Below are positions 19,891 to 30,229 of a stretch of DNA of 64,000 nucleotides, piece after piece. Both the position numbers and the translations under genes were made by a program. The notes under the pieces are model-generated. The model searched no databases. It was not told the origin of the DNA and saw only the letters and a program-made list of their open reading frames with translations. The stretch spans positions 142,737 to 206,736 of the forward strand of contig JALWXN010000004.1 of the NCBI GenBank assembly GCA_027078545.1, given 5' to 3'. The stretch is from Nitrososphaeria archaeon. GTDB lineage: Archaea; Thermoproteota; Nitrososphaeria; Geothermarchaeales; JDFR-13. Each line of letters opens with the position of its first letter. The first letter of the stretch is position 1.

Positions 19891-20934
19891 ATGGATCTGC
19901 CGGGTCGCGTAGTGATTGGTAAGGGTGTGATCACAAGTATCTCCAAATATTTGGATCCCCTCCTCCCAGATGGTGGTGGGGTATACGTAGTCACTGGACC
20001 CAAGCTTAGAGAGACAATCCTCCATAGACTGACCGAGAACCTTGGGATGGACTACAAGGTTCTAGTGGTTAGACACTCTTCGAAGGAGGAGTATGAGTCC
20101 CTACTAACCTCGTTCCAGGAGATACATGCGTCTCTGGAATATCCTGTAGTTATAGGGTTTGGAGGGGGCAAGTCGATAGATATGGCTAAACTCCTGGCCT
20201 ATAGATATGGACTCACATTTGTAAGCATACCTACAGCGCCCTCGCATGACGGTATAGCAAGTCAATTCGCCTCCCTAAGAGGGGCTAACAAGGCTTTCTC
20301 AGTTAAGACCCTCCCTCCAAAGCTCGTCGTGGTGGATATAGACCTCATAATCGGAGCCCCGATGCGCCTCATAGCCAGCGGCGTCGGCGACGTATTGGCT
20401 AAGTTCACGGCGGTAGCCGACTGGCAGCTGGCTAGGGATGAGGTGGGGGAGTATTACGGGGAGTACTCAGCCAACCTAGCACTAATGTCCGCCAAACTAG
20501 TCCTAGACAACTATGAGGGGATCGCATCCCGCGACGAGGATAGTATCAGAACCCTGGTGGAAGCGTTGATAAGCACTGGTGTAGCCGCAGGTATAGCGGG
20601 TAGTAGCAGGCCCTGTAGCGGGTCAGAACATCTCTTCAGCCATGCCATAGACCTCCTATACCCTGAGAACGCCGCCTATCACGGGGAGAAGGTGGGGCTT
20701 GGGACTATAATGATGGCGTATCTCCATGGGCTCGACTGGGAGGGTATCAGAGAGGCTATCATGGCTGTAGGCGGCCCCGTAGACTATAGATCGGCTAATC
20801 TAACTAGAGAGATGGTTATAACAGCCATAGTGGAGGCCAGGAAGGTTAGGCCGGAGAGATACACCATATTGCATAAATTGATGCCAGATAGGATGGCCGC
20901 CGAGAAGATCGCTAGGGAGACGAAGGTATTATAG
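19891..20934 (+). CDS. egsA: sn-glycerol-1-phosphate dehydrogenase
   Basis: 'GFGGGKSIDMAKL' and 'PTAPSHDG' of the dehydroquinate-synthase-like fold; start likely at MDLPGRVVIG. Confidence 0.8.
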   Translation: MDLPGRVVIGKGVITSISKYLDPLLPDGGGVYVVTGPKLRETILHRLTENLGMDYKVLVVRHSSKEEYESLLTSFQEIHASLEYPVVIGFGGGKSIDMAKLLAYRYGLTFVSIPTAPSHDGIASQFASLRGANKAFSVKTLPPKLVVVDIDLIIGAPMRLIASGVGDVLAKFTAVADWQLARDEVGEYYGEYSANLALMSAKLVLDNYEGIASRDEDSIRTLVEALISTGVAAGIAGSSRPCSGSEHLFSHAIDLLYPENAAYHGEKVGLGTIMMAYLHGLDWEGIREAIMAVGGPVDYRSANLTREMVITAIVEARKVRPERYTILHKLMPDRMAAEKIARETKVL

Positions 20935-20970
20935 GAGCGCCCAAATCCCTAATTATATAGGGTTAGGATA

Positions 20971-21432
20971 ATGGCCAAGGAGCTATACTTCCTAGTCGGC
21001 GAAAATTCAGAGGTCGGGGACAAGTTTCGGATACAATGGAACGAGGTCTGTAGATCCTGTCGCTACAATAAGATATGTTTCAACGAGAAGAAGATCGGCC
21101 ACTACTACAAGATCGTGGAGATAAGGAAGCCTAAGTCCCAAATCTATTGTAAGTTGATAGAAGCCCCAGCTATGCTGGCCGTTGTGGAGGAGACTGCGAT
21201 ACAGATCTCAATGGGCTCGTCCTCAGCTGTTGAAGGGGTCTCAGTACTCTACTCCCCAATAACATGTAGTGAGAGACAGTGTCCCTACATCAAGTACTGC
21301 GTAGATAACGGACAGGCTCTAACGGGTAGGGTTAGGATAGAAAAGGTGATTGAGCGTCTAGACTGCCCTATAGGGCTGGATCTCACCCTTGTTGAGGTTC
21401 GGCCTGAGCCTCCTGAACACTCTCCTCCTTAG
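20971..21432 (+). CDS. Cys-rich small protein (UPF0179-like)
   Basis: 'CRSCRYNKIC' and 'CSERQCPYIKYC' motifs. Confidence 0.35.
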   Translation: MAKELYFLVGENSEVGDKFRIQWNEVCRSCRYNKICFNEKKIGHYYKIVEIRKPKSQIYCKLIEAPAMLAVVEETAIQISMGSSSAVEGVSVLYSPITCSERQCPYIKYCVDNGQALTGRVRIEKVIERLDCPIGLDLTLVEVRPEPPEHSPP

Positions 21433-22189
21433 CGATCACATCCACAAACTTCACGGCCTTTGTGCCCTCGATATACTTTAGGATATCATCAGCCACGTGC
21501 TTCTTCTCCAGGTGTAGCTGAGGCTTCTTGATAGCGAGGTCTCGTAGGTTGAGTACGACCTCTCCATCCACGATCTCTATCGATATCTTCTCGACATCCT
21601 CGTTGATATGCCTCTCCACCAACGCCTTGATCTTACCATTTGTATCAGTGATCTTCTCCCGGATCTTCACCCAGTATTTAAGCCTCTTCCCGGCTAGTGG
21701 TGGGTTGAAATCCAGCATTACCCTGCCCCCAGCTATAGCCCTAACAACTGCGGGGGCCCCATCGACATTTATGACCATTCCAGGGGCGATGTCTCCCTGG
21801 AGCCCGGCTCTCTGTAGCTTCCTAATAGTCGTCGTGACTATCTTCTTACTATCCCTACGGCCAAACCCCTTCTCGGGAGGTATCTCCACCTCGTATTCCT
21901 CACCCACCTTCCTACCTATCAGGCTCTCATCCAGCCCCTCAACTACCCACTTCTCCCCAACCACCACTAGGATAGGCTTGTATCGAGAGTCGTCTCCACC
22001 TAGGCCCGCCTCGACAGCCTTCTCCTTAATAGTTGTGTCGAAAACCTCGCCAGTATCTAAAACCTGGCCTACATAGTCGATCTTTATGAAGTCGCCCTTG
22101 TTAACCACGTCCTCCTTCGGTTTAGATCCAGTCTTCTTAGTCTTTTTAGCCCTAGTCTTCTTAGCTGTTTTACCCGTCTTCTCAGCCAT
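21383..22189 (-). CDS. FKBP-type peptidyl-prolyl isomerase (long type with insert domain)
   Basis: 'GDFIKIDYVGQVLDTGEVFDTT' FKBP core; lysine-rich N-terminus. Confidence 0.8.
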   Translation of the reverse strand: MAEKTGKTAKKTRAKKTKKTGSKPKEDVVNKGDFIKIDYVGQVLDTGEVFDTTIKEKAVEAGLGGDDSRYKPILVVVGEKWVVEGLDESLIGRKVGEEYEVEIPPEKGFGRRDSKKIVTTTIRKLQRAGLQGDIAPGMVINVDGAPAVVRAIAGGRVMLDFNPPLAGKRLKYWVKIREKITDTNGKIKALVERHINEDVEKISIEIVDGEVVLNLRDLAIKKPQLHLEKKHVADDILKYIEGTKAVKFVDVIAKEESVQEAQAEPQQG

Positions 22190-22242
22190 CGGCCAGACAC
22201 CTCTTCAAGAGTATTCATAAATATTCGACTAGCCAAGATTAA

Positions 22243-22779
22243 TTAAGCCTCGGACTTATCGTCCCTCCAAAGCTCAACCAGCCTCTCGATCAGCCCCTCC
22301 CTAATAAGTATCTCCTTCACCGGGGTGGGGATCAGCTCGCTCCACTCCTCTCCAGCCACAACCCTCCTCCTAAACTCCTCACCCGAGAATACTTTCCTCT
22401 GGTATAGGGGGATACGCCTCACCTCGTATCCACTCCTCCTCATGAGGCTCCTCGTCAGGGGGTCGTTGCTATAGACCCTCTTGAAGGGGGGAACTATGGT
22501 CTCTACAATGCTGACCCATGTAGTGTGTATATCGGAGTCTGGGATGGGGAATATGTAGTACCTCGAGCTGTCGATCCCCTCCTCCCTAAGTGTAGATACG
22601 ATCATCCTGAACCTCTCTGCAAAGGTGAAGGGGTTCCTCTTCGTATATGCCTCTAGGGCGCTACCCACACCTATATATACGCCTCCCTCCCTCTCCAACA
22701 CGTATTTAACCGCATGTAGATGACCGTAGTGGAAGGGCTGGAACCTACCAATTATCAACGCCTCGAACTCCATGTCCAA
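22243..22779 (-). CDS. nadM: nicotinamide-nucleotide adenylyltransferase
   Basis: 'IIGRFQPFHYGHL' HxGH nucleotidyltransferase motif. Confidence 0.85.
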   Translation of the reverse strand: MDMEFEALIIGRFQPFHYGHLHAVKYVLEREGGVYIGVGSALEAYTKRNPFTFAERFRMIVSTLREEGIDSSRYYIFPIPDSDIHTTWVSIVETIVPPFKRVYSNDPLTRSLMRRSGYEVRRIPLYQRKVFSGEEFRRRVVAGEEWSELIPTPVKEILIREGLIERLVELWRDDKSEA

Positions 22780-22843
22780 GAAAATTAGTGCTCCCCCTTT
22801 TAATCCCAGCTTTAAGCCGGCCCCCCATAATTCTATATGGACA

Positions 22844-24178
22844 ATGTCTGAGCAGATACAGGAACGCTTCAGAAGACTGATGGATAGGATCAGAGGCGCC
22901 CCCTACATCGATGAGAAGGAGCTAGACAACCTTCTAAGGGAGCTCCAGAAGATCCTTCTACAGTCAGACGTCAACGTAAGGGTCGTCTTCGACCTGACAA
23001 AACGTATAAGGGAGCAGATAAAGGAGGAGAGGAAGCTCTCAACGAGGGTCCCCCTGAAGGACCTTGTGATAAAGGTTCTCTACGAGGAGCTGGTGAAGAT
23101 CCTGGGTGGTGAGCAGAGCCGGCTAGAAATCTCTAGGGATAAGAAGCCCTTCAACATCCTATTCATAGGTTTGGAGGGTTCTGGTAAGACCACTACCGTG
23201 GCTAAACTGGCGAAACTCCTCTCTAACAAAGGGTACAGAGTAGGTGTGGTAAGCCTCGACCTCTATAGACCCGCGGCCATAGACCAGCTTAGACAGTTGA
23301 TAGAGTCTATAGACTCGGAAAACGTGGTCTTCATAGATCCGGATGAATATGGAGACGTTGGCAATAGACTTAGGAAGGCCCTAGACACTGCTAAGACCCT
23401 GGAGATAGATGTCTTACTCATCGACACGGCCGGGAGGCATAAGAATGAGGAGTCCCTACTAGAGGAGTTATCGGAGATTAATCGACTCCTCAATCCGGAC
23501 TACACCATACTGGTTATAGACGCCTACATGGGTCAGAAGGCCTACGACCACTCCAAACACCTATCCGATAGAGTCAGGATAGATGGGATAATAATAACCA
23601 AGATGGATGGGACTGGTAAGGGTGGAGGAGCAATCTCAGCAGCATACGCATCAGGTGGAAAGGTAATCTTCCTAGGGATGGGTGAGAAGCTTGACGACTT
23701 GGAGGAGTATAATCCAAAGAGCTTCGTAGCTAGACTACTAGGCCTAGGCGACCTAGAAGGATTGTTGAAGAGGGTGGAGAGACTAGCTAGACAGGAGGAT
23801 GAGGCAGAGCTACTAAAGAGGCTCTCCAAGGGTAGGATAACCCTCATCGACGTGATAAACCAGCTAGAACAGATCGAGAGTATGGGCGGGCTCTACAAGG
23901 TTCTATCATACCTACCTGGGATAGGCGACAAGGTGAAACGTGAAGAGATAGAGGAGATGGAGAAGAAGCTGAAAAAGTGGAGAGTAGCGGTGGACTCGAT
24001 GACCCTGGAGGAGAAGCTGGACCCGACACTCATAAAGGGGTCGAGACTCACAAGAATCAGCAGGGGCTCGGGAGTCGATGAGAGGACTATAAAGGAGCTT
24101 GTGAAGCAGTATAACCTTATGCGCAAAGCGTTTAGAGACAGGAGGCATAGAAGGCTCCTAAAGGATGTCTTTAGATAA
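22844..24178 (+). CDS. srp54: signal recognition particle protein SRP54
   Basis: 'GLEGSGKTTT', 'DTAGR', 'TKMDG', C-terminal Met-rich M domain; start at MSEQIQERF. Confidence 0.9.
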   Translation: MSEQIQERFRRLMDRIRGAPYIDEKELDNLLRELQKILLQSDVNVRVVFDLTKRIREQIKEERKLSTRVPLKDLVIKVLYEELVKILGGEQSRLEISRDKKPFNILFIGLEGSGKTTTVAKLAKLLSNKGYRVGVVSLDLYRPAAIDQLRQLIESIDSENVVFIDPDEYGDVGNRLRKALDTAKTLEIDVLLIDTAGRHKNEESLLEELSEINRLLNPDYTILVIDAYMGQKAYDHSKHLSDRVRIDGIIITKMDGTGKGGGAISAAYASGGKVIFLGMGEKLDDLEEYNPKSFVARLLGLGDLEGLLKRVERLARQEDEAELLKRLSKGRITLIDVINQLEQIESMGGLYKVLSYLPGIGDKVKREEIEEMEKKLKKWRVAVDSMTLEEKLDPTLIKGSRLTRISRGSGVDERTIKELVKQYNLMRKAFRDRRHRRLLKDVFR

Positions 24179-24234
24179 TCTGAAGTGATATTAAATACTT
24201 TGGCCAGGCCTATACAAGATTGTGGTGGATATAC

Positions 24235-24519
24235 ATGCCCCAGTCCAAGGGATATAGGGTAAAGACTAGGAGATTATTGACTAGGAAGGGTAATCCCGGC
24301 TTCAGCGATAAACTCTTGAGACTGAGAGAGTTGAAGCCAGGGGACAAGGTTCTGATCTATATAGATCCTAGGTTTCACAAGGGGATGCCCCATAGGAGAT
24401 ACCACGGCAAGATAGGGATTGTACAGAAGCGGAGAGGCCGTGCATTCGAGATAGACGTGGGGAAGGGGGATAAGATAGTCCGGCTAATAGTGCCTCCTGA
24501 GCATCTAAGACCCCTCTAG
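24235..24519 (+). CDS. rpl21e: ribosomal protein L21e
   Basis: 'MPQSKGYRVKTRRLLTRK'. Confidence 0.85.
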   Translation: MPQSKGYRVKTRRLLTRKGNPGFSDKLLRLRELKPGDKVLIYIDPRFHKGMPHRRYHGKIGIVQKRRGRAFEIDVGKGDKIVRLIVPPEHLRPL

Positions 24520-24541
24520 AACCTGCCCAGGTGGTCCCGTC

Positions 24542-24901
24542 ATGGAGGAGGAAGTTGGTAGGAAGATACTGGAGCAGAAGCCAATCTCCATTCCCGAGCT
24601 CAAGGAGGAGCTGGAGAATATCGGGGAGGTGGACTACGAACTATTCGCAGTCCCAAAGAGGGTGAAGGAATATCTAAACAGGTTCTCCAAGGTAGACGCA
24701 GAGACGGCGAGAAGGCTGAGGGAGAGGCTGGTGGAGGCTCTGGAGCCCGAGTTTGGCCAGGAAGCAGATGACTATGCCGTACAGATAATAAACATCCTCC
24801 CTCGCTATCCAGAGGAGGTACGCCTAATACTGGGTAGGGCGATAGCCGGAGAGTTGGAGAAACGTGTAATAGAGATTCTGAAGGAGGAAGGAGTGATATA
24901 G
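24542..24901 (+). CDS. rpoF: RNA polymerase subunit F (Rpo4)
   Basis: Position directly after rpl21e, ~115 aa acidic helical protein. Confidence 0.6.
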   Translation: MEEEVGRKILEQKPISIPELKEELENIGEVDYELFAVPKRVKEYLNRFSKVDAETARRLRERLVEALEPEFGQEADDYAVQIINILPRYPEEVRLILGRAIAGELEKRVIEILKEEGVI

Positions 24902-24917
24902 AGAGGCTGGACCAGGG

Positions 24918-25502
24918 ATGTATAGGCCGGGAGCCAGAGAGACGCGAGAGACCTACGGAATCCTACTCGGCCATTCAAGGAGGAGCATAACGGTTAGGAA
25001 GGGAGGAGAGGTAATAAGGGTTCGGGACGGGCTTATCGGGGACGTGGTGGGGGAGGAGCACTTCAAACTCCTAAGGGTACAGCTAGCCAACGACGTGGTG
25101 ATAAACGGTCTAGACCGTGTATCGCTGGAGACTGGGATGCGTAGGAAAGTTGTAAGGATACTAACAACGATAAAGTATGGCGAGCTTCTAGACGAGTCTA
25201 TGGAGATGCTTGAGAACGCAGTTAAGAAGATTGTGTTGATGAGGGAGCCCGAATGGGTAGAGTTCCTCAATAAGGCCGGCTTACTTACCCATAAGGTCCA
25301 TACCCTAGAACTCCTACCCGGGATAAGTAGGAAGAAGGTGGCACTTATCCTGGAGGAGAGGGACTCACGACCATTCACCAGCTTCAAAGACTTCAAGGAG
25401 AGGGTTGGGGTAGACCCTCTGGATAGCATATCCAAGAAGATTGTGGAGGAAATGAGGGGTGAGGCCAAGAAATATATCTTCCTGGAGACACAGCATCCTT
25501 AG
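24918..25502 (+). CDS. DUF655-like HhH protein that usually follows rpoF
   Basis: Conserved archaeal L21e-RpoF-DUF655 gene order; size. Confidence 0.45.
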   Translation: MYRPGARETRETYGILLGHSRRSITVRKGGEVIRVRDGLIGDVVGEEHFKLLRVQLANDVVINGLDRVSLETGMRRKVVRILTTIKYGELLDESMEMLENAVKKIVLMREPEWVEFLNKAGLLTHKVHTLELLPGISRKKVALILEERDSRPFTSFKDFKERVGVDPLDSISKKIVEEMRGEAKKYIFLETQHP

Positions 25503-26560
25503 TGAGTCTTGAGATACACTACATCCCCATCCCTCAACTCATGTGTTGGGCTTACCCGTACCACCTCGCCATCCCTTATAATTAGAGCGTATCTAAGGCT
25601 CTCAGCTACTCTAGAGTGTATATGCCTGGCCAGGTCGGCCACCGTTGCACCACTCCTAAGTATTATAGGTTTAGACGTCTTTTCACGGATATTCCTAACA
25701 GGATAGACCCTTATCAGGCCCAGCTTCTCTACGACCATGTCCCCCATCTTAGATACGTGCCACTCCCTCCCAGTCTGTAGCTCCACTAGACTATCCCCGC
25801 TCCATAGATATGCACCGCCAAGGATGAAGGTCTTAACACCAAGGACAATGTCCTGGAAGAGCTCCGGATCCACGTTCCCATCCACCTTCACCACGGCATT
25901 GTATATCCCATAGTCCCGTAGGATACCCCTAATCTCCTCAATCCATTCCGAGTCGACGCCATAAACCCTTATCCCTCCGGAGGGCGTCCTAGATATCTTC
26001 ACATCAATAGGGTGTGGAGTGATATGTATACCCTCCTCTTCAAGCAGGCCAACCATCCTAGAGACGTCGTCCCTATTCCCAGCTATCAAGAGGGTGTAGT
26101 TAACCTTCTTAGCCAGGTTGATCACCTTCCTATCAACACTCGGATTGATGCCTATGGGTGGGGCCACTATATACTGGATCTCAACATCGTTAACCACCTT
26201 GTTATACATTGTGGGCAGCATCCTCCAATGCATATACCTATCCGGCCTCCCGAAGGTGCTATCCATGAAGCTGGTCAGGATGCTGTAGTCTGTAGATATT
26301 ATCCCAAGTGTGACGTCCCCAGTCTTCTCGAACTCCCAGGGACTTAGATAACCACCCCTCCTCCTCTTTTTAGACTCCTCGATCTCCTCCCTAAGCCTAG
26401 CCATCTGGCTCCTGACGGACCTCACAAGGTTCTTAGTACCCTTGTGCTTGGGGATCAGGCTATAGAACTTCTGTAGCTCCCTAAGCTTCTCCTCAGGGGT
26501 CCTAGCCTCCATAACCCTTCTCCACTGTGCCTTTGCCTCCGCTGGTAGATTCGTTACCAT
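25499..26560 (-). CDS. DRG-like protein with TGS domain and degenerate P-loop
   Basis: N-terminal 'LVRSVRSQMARLREE', C-terminal TGS 'ELRDGDVVYLKTH'; the G1 position reads 'GDVTLGIISTDYS' instead of GxxxxGKS. Confidence 0.5.
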   Translation of the reverse strand: MVTNLPAEAKAQWRRVMEARTPEEKLRELQKFYSLIPKHKGTKNLVRSVRSQMARLREEIEESKKRRRGGYLSPWEFEKTGDVTLGIISTDYSILTSFMDSTFGRPDRYMHWRMLPTMYNKVVNDVEIQYIVAPPIGINPSVDRKVINLAKKVNYTLLIAGNRDDVSRMVGLLEEEGIHITPHPIDVKISRTPSGGIRVYGVDSEWIEEIRGILRDYGIYNAVVKVDGNVDPELFQDIVLGVKTFILGGAYLWSGDSLVELQTGREWHVSKMGDMVVEKLGLIRVYPVRNIREKTSKPIILRSGATVADLARHIHSRVAESLRYALIIRDGEVVRVSPTHELRDGDVVYLKTH

Positions 26561-26629
26561 TCCGCACCCTCCAATTATTTACTATACCGGAGACGACCCC
26601 ATTAGATTTCTAGGCCAAGGGCGGTCAAG

Positions 26630-27343
26630 ATGGATGAGAAGATAGACATAGTCATGGTGGAGCCGGAGGGCGGCGTAAACCTAGGCCTGATATGTAGGCT
26701 CGCAGACAACTTCGACGTGGACAACATCATCCTCGTCAACCCAAACTTCATGGATGAGGATTATGACCTGGCCGAGGTATTCGCCTCAAGAGCGGCGCAC
26801 AGGCTTGAGAAGATAGTCGTCGTAGACAGTCTGGAAAAAGCGGTTGAGAATTCAGACATGGTCATCGCAACCACCGGGATAAGATCGCTGTCGTATCCAT
26901 TCAGGGGTAGCATAGACGTGCGGGAGCTGGGAACAGTCCTGAGAAACGCTTCGCCCAGTAGGATATCAGTAGTCTTCGGGAGGGAGAGTATAGGGCTAAC
27001 CAAGGATGAGCTTGGTCTCGCCGACGTCCTCGTCACCATACCCACGTCCAAGAGGTACCCCTCCATGAATGTGGCTACAGCAGCGGCGATCGTGCTACAC
27101 CACATATATACCTATAGAATAAAGGGTGAGAGGGGTGGGGAGGGTCTAAGAGAAGGGAATGAATATAGGTTGATAAGGAGATATGTCTACGACCTGGCCG
27201 AGAGGGCGCTGGACAGGCCCAATATAGCCTCTACAATCAGCCAGGTAGTGGTTAAATGTGTATACCGGGGCGTGGATAGGAAGGAGGATCTCAAGCTGAT
27301 ACTGACACTATTCCGCAGACTACATACACTACTCGTTGGATAG
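26630..27343 (+). CDS. SPOUT (TrmH/SpoU) RNA 2'-O-methyltransferase
   Basis: 'IVMVEPEGGVNLGLICR' and 'IPT' knot motifs. Confidence 0.7.
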   Translation: MDEKIDIVMVEPEGGVNLGLICRLADNFDVDNIILVNPNFMDEDYDLAEVFASRAAHRLEKIVVVDSLEKAVENSDMVIATTGIRSLSYPFRGSIDVRELGTVLRNASPSRISVVFGRESIGLTKDELGLADVLVTIPTSKRYPSMNVATAAAIVLHHIYTYRIKGERGGEGLREGNEYRLIRRYVYDLAERALDRPNIASTISQVVVKCVYRGVDRKEDLKLILTLFRRLHTLLVG

Positions 27344-27387
27344 GGGTACCGGCTTTAATACTCCTAGTAATACTCAATCTATAGAGG

Positions 27388-27903
27388 GTGGCCGGAGTGA
27401 AGGCGAGGAACTTCAGGGAGATCAAGGGGATGCCATACACCAGGCTGGAATATATCCATGGAGCTCCACAGTCTAGGATCACCAGGTTCAACATGGGTAC
27501 ATGGAAGGAGGACTATGACGTGGTGCTGGAGCTGAAGGCCAAGGAGCAGGCATATGTCAGGGACGTGGCCCTAGAGGCCCTCAGGGTAAACGTGAACCGT
27601 CTACTCCAGAAGAAGCTAGGCACACAGAACTACTACTTCACAATAGTGGTGTATCCCCACCACGTCCTCAGGGAGAATAAGATGATGACCGGCGCCGGTG
27701 CAGACCGTCTACAGGAGGGTATGAGGAGAGCCTTTGGGAAGCCTGTCGGTAGGGCGGCGGCGGTATGGAAGGATCAGGTCATAGCTAGGGTATATACATA
27801 TAGTGGCAACGTGGAGTATGCCAAGCAGGTCTTGAAGGTTGGGGCTTCAAAGATACCTAAAGGGGCCTATATAGATGTCAAACCACTCAATAAGCAGGCT
27901 TGA
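27388..27903 (+). CDS. rpl10e: ribosomal protein L10e (L16 family)
   Basis: 'ARNFREIKGMPYTR...RFNMG'. Confidence 0.85.
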   Translation: MAGVKARNFREIKGMPYTRLEYIHGAPQSRITRFNMGTWKEDYDVVLELKAKEQAYVRDVALEALRVNVNRLLQKKLGTQNYYFTIVVYPHHVLRENKMMTGAGADRLQEGMRRAFGKPVGRAAAVWKDQVIARVYTYSGNVEYAKQVLKVGASKIPKGAYIDVKPLNKQA

Positions 27904-28921
27904 GACAAGCCTATCCACTGTAGTATCAGAAATAATCAAGAGGAACAGGGGTAAGAGGATAGTTATCGAGGGGTCTGAAACCTACATATACAGGCTGATA
28001 AGGGAGGGCCTAGAGGCTCCGCCGGATACCCATGTCGAGATAAATCTAGAGCCTAGGTTTGGGGCCTGCGACATAGATATCCAGCACTACCTCGAGACGA
28101 GGCCCGATATAGTTATCCACCTTGGGCATAACCCATTTCCAAATACCTATGGAGAGCTACGTAGACTACCATTCAAAATATTCTTCATACCCGTTGTAGA
28201 GGAGCCTGACCCTAACCTTATAGAGAGGGTTGTCAGGGACGCTTGGGAGAACTATCTGGCAAACATATCCAACGAAAGGATCGGCCTAGTCTACTCCATC
28301 CAATACTATAGGGTGGCCAGGATAGCCATGGATATGCTTCTCGAGATGGGGATGGACCTATTCGTCCCTAGACAGCCAGGTATGCTCAGCGGCCAGATAC
28401 TGGGGTGTACCACAAAGCCTTTGAGACAGGAAGGGGTAGATAGATTCATAGTAGTGTCTTCTGGCCTCTTCCACGCCCTAGGGGTCAGCCTCTATACCGG
28501 TCTCCCAACACTCCTACTGGATATGCATAACGGCGTGGTTAAGGACATGTACGACGCTACGAGAAGGGTCAGGGCCCTAATCTCGTGGAACGTCTACCAG
28601 GCCAGGGGCTATAGAAGGGTCGCGGTGGTAAGGATAGTTGATAGTCACCAGCCATTGATAGGTGGGTTGACAATAATCGAGAGGATCCTACGCAGTAGGG
28701 GGTGGGCCTACCGTGTATACACCGCCTCGAGGCTGGGCGAGGATATACTCGCCAGGATCCCGGAGGATGAGCTGGTCATCGTCGCTGGGTGCCCCAGGAT
28801 ATCTACTGACGACCTGACACGTTTTGGGAGACCGGTTCTAAACCTCGAGCAGTTATTAATCGCGATGGACGAGAAAGATTTTAATGACGTGTATCCTCCA
28901 CCTAGACGGTGGTCTACATGA
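27875..28921 (+). CDS. dph2: diphthamide synthesis protein Dph2
   Basis: Three-domain repeat with conserved Cys ('GACDI', 'ILGCT', 'AGCPRIS'); conserved neighbourhood with L10e and Csl4. Confidence 0.65.
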   Translation: MSNHSISRLETSLSTVVSEIIKRNRGKRIVIEGSETYIYRLIREGLEAPPDTHVEINLEPRFGACDIDIQHYLETRPDIVIHLGHNPFPNTYGELRRLPFKIFFIPVVEEPDPNLIERVVRDAWENYLANISNERIGLVYSIQYYRVARIAMDMLLEMGMDLFVPRQPGMLSGQILGCTTKPLRQEGVDRFIVVSSGLFHALGVSLYTGLPTLLLDMHNGVVKDMYDATRRVRALISWNVYQARGYRRVAVVRIVDSHQPLIGGLTIIERILRSRGWAYRVYTASRLGEDILARIPEDELVIVAGCPRISTDDLTRFGRPVLNLEQLLIAMDEKDFNDVYPPPRRWST

Positions 28922-29529
28922 AGAAGGATGGTGAAAAAGTCTCTCCCGGCGATCCATTAGCCCTTATAGAAGAGTTCATCGGAGGTAGGAACACCTATAT
29001 AGACGACTCCGTTATCAGGAGCTCCGTAGCAGGGGTTGTGAAGGTAGACTGGAAGAACAGGGTAATAGATGTTGAGCCTATAAAGCAGCCCCTAACCATA
29101 GATGTGGGGGACGAGATACTCGGCAAGATATTCCACATCTCAGGAGTCTTCGGATATGTAGAGATAGAGCTCGTGAGGAAGGAGGGGAAGGGACCATGGA
29201 TACTCCTAAGGGGTAAATACACAGGCGTCGTCTACCCACCCACAAGGGTCACCGACGTAGGATCAACCTACCACATAAGGGACGAGATCCTGGCGAGGGT
29301 TGAGAGCACGCTAAACAGGACCCTACACCTCTCAATAAGGGGTCCGAGATACGGCGTTGTAAGGGCTTTCTGTAAAACCTGTAGAACCGAGCTTGTAAGG
29401 GGCGATGAGCCTGGTAAGCTCGTGTGCCCAACCTGTAGATCTATAGAGACGAGAAAGGTTTCCAGGCTATATGGAAACACAACCATAATCAAGACCCTCC
29501 ACAAAGAGAAAGTTTTAAATACGTGGTAA
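28909..29529 (+). CDS. csl4: exosome cap subunit Csl4
   Basis: S1 domain plus Zn ribbon 'CKTCRTELVRGDEPGKLVCPTCR'. Confidence 0.8.
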   Translation: MVYMKKDGEKVSPGDPLALIEEFIGGRNTYIDDSVIRSSVAGVVKVDWKNRVIDVEPIKQPLTIDVGDEILGKIFHISGVFGYVEIELVRKEGKGPWILLRGKYTGVVYPPTRVTDVGSTYHIRDEILARVESTLNRTLHLSIRGPRYGVVRAFCKTCRTELVRGDEPGKLVCPTCRSIETRKVSRLYGNTTIIKTLHKEKVLNTW

Positions 29530-29546
29530 CTGATGTGTGGTTTAGT

Positions 29547-29852
29547 ATGGAGATTCAGGTACTTAAGGTAGAGGGAGGGAGGCTACGCCTCAAGATAATA
29601 GGGGAGACATTCACATTTGGAAACCTCCTGCAGAAGGCCCTCCTAGAAGATGAGAGGATTCTAGGGGCCGGGTTCCACAGGCCCCATCCATTGAAGAAAG
29701 AAATCGTTTTCGACATATACTTCAAGGATGATGTGAAGCCTGAGGAGTATCGATCAATAATCATCGAGAATGTTGAGCGTATGTATAACTATATCTCCGA
29801 GTTGAAGTCGGAGGTACTCAACGCCCTTGAGAAGGCTGGTGAGAATAAATGA
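29547..29852 (+). CDS. rpoL: RNA polymerase subunit L (Rpo11)
   Basis: 'MEIQVLKVEGGRLRLKIIGETFTFGNLL'. Confidence 0.8.
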   Translation: MEIQVLKVEGGRLRLKIIGETFTFGNLLQKALLEDERILGAGFHRPHPLKKEIVFDIYFKDDVKPEEYRSIIIENVERMYNYISELKSEVLNALEKAGENK

Positions 29853-30163
29853 AGTACTGCCCAAAGTGTAAGGAGATAATGTCTCTTAAACAGATAGATA
29901 ACCAGCTCTTCTACGTATGCGACTCCTGTGGATATAAGGAGCCCTACGACACCTCGAACCTATATGTAGACGTCGTGAGGGAGGAGAGGGTTCTGGTTCT
30001 CCAGAAAGACACGACCGCCGAGCCCACGGTGAAGGTGGAGTGTCCAAAGTGTGGGAATGACGAGGCCTATACATGGATAGTCCAGACAAGATCGGGAGAC
30101 GAGGGTGGCACAGTCTTCTACAGGTGCACCAGGTGTAAGTATACCTGGAGAGTGTATACATAG
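29849..30163 (+). CDS. tfs: transcription factor S (TFIIS/RpoM-like)
   Basis: N-terminal 'CPKCKEIM...CDSCG', C-terminal 'CPKCGNDEAYTW...RCTRCKYTWRV'. Confidence 0.85.
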   Translation: MKYCPKCKEIMSLKQIDNQLFYVCDSCGYKEPYDTSNLYVDVVREERVLVLQKDTTAEPTVKVECPKCGNDEAYTWIVQTRSGDEGGTVFYRCTRCKYTWRVYT

Positions 30164-30229
30164 GCCGGGTCGGAACCGTTATTATAAGCCGTCTATAACA
30201 ATATATCACTATCACACAGGTGGTACCAA

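Noticed and set aside
21528-22076. 182-aa plus-strand ORF antisense to the FKBP gene, and similar antisense ORFs inside polD2 (12117..12467, 13458..13880), SRP54 (23263..24148) and aCPSF1 (35077..35736)
   Set aside because: They are fully embedded antisense in well-supported genes and are Ser/Pro/Leu-rich, as is typical for antisense frames.
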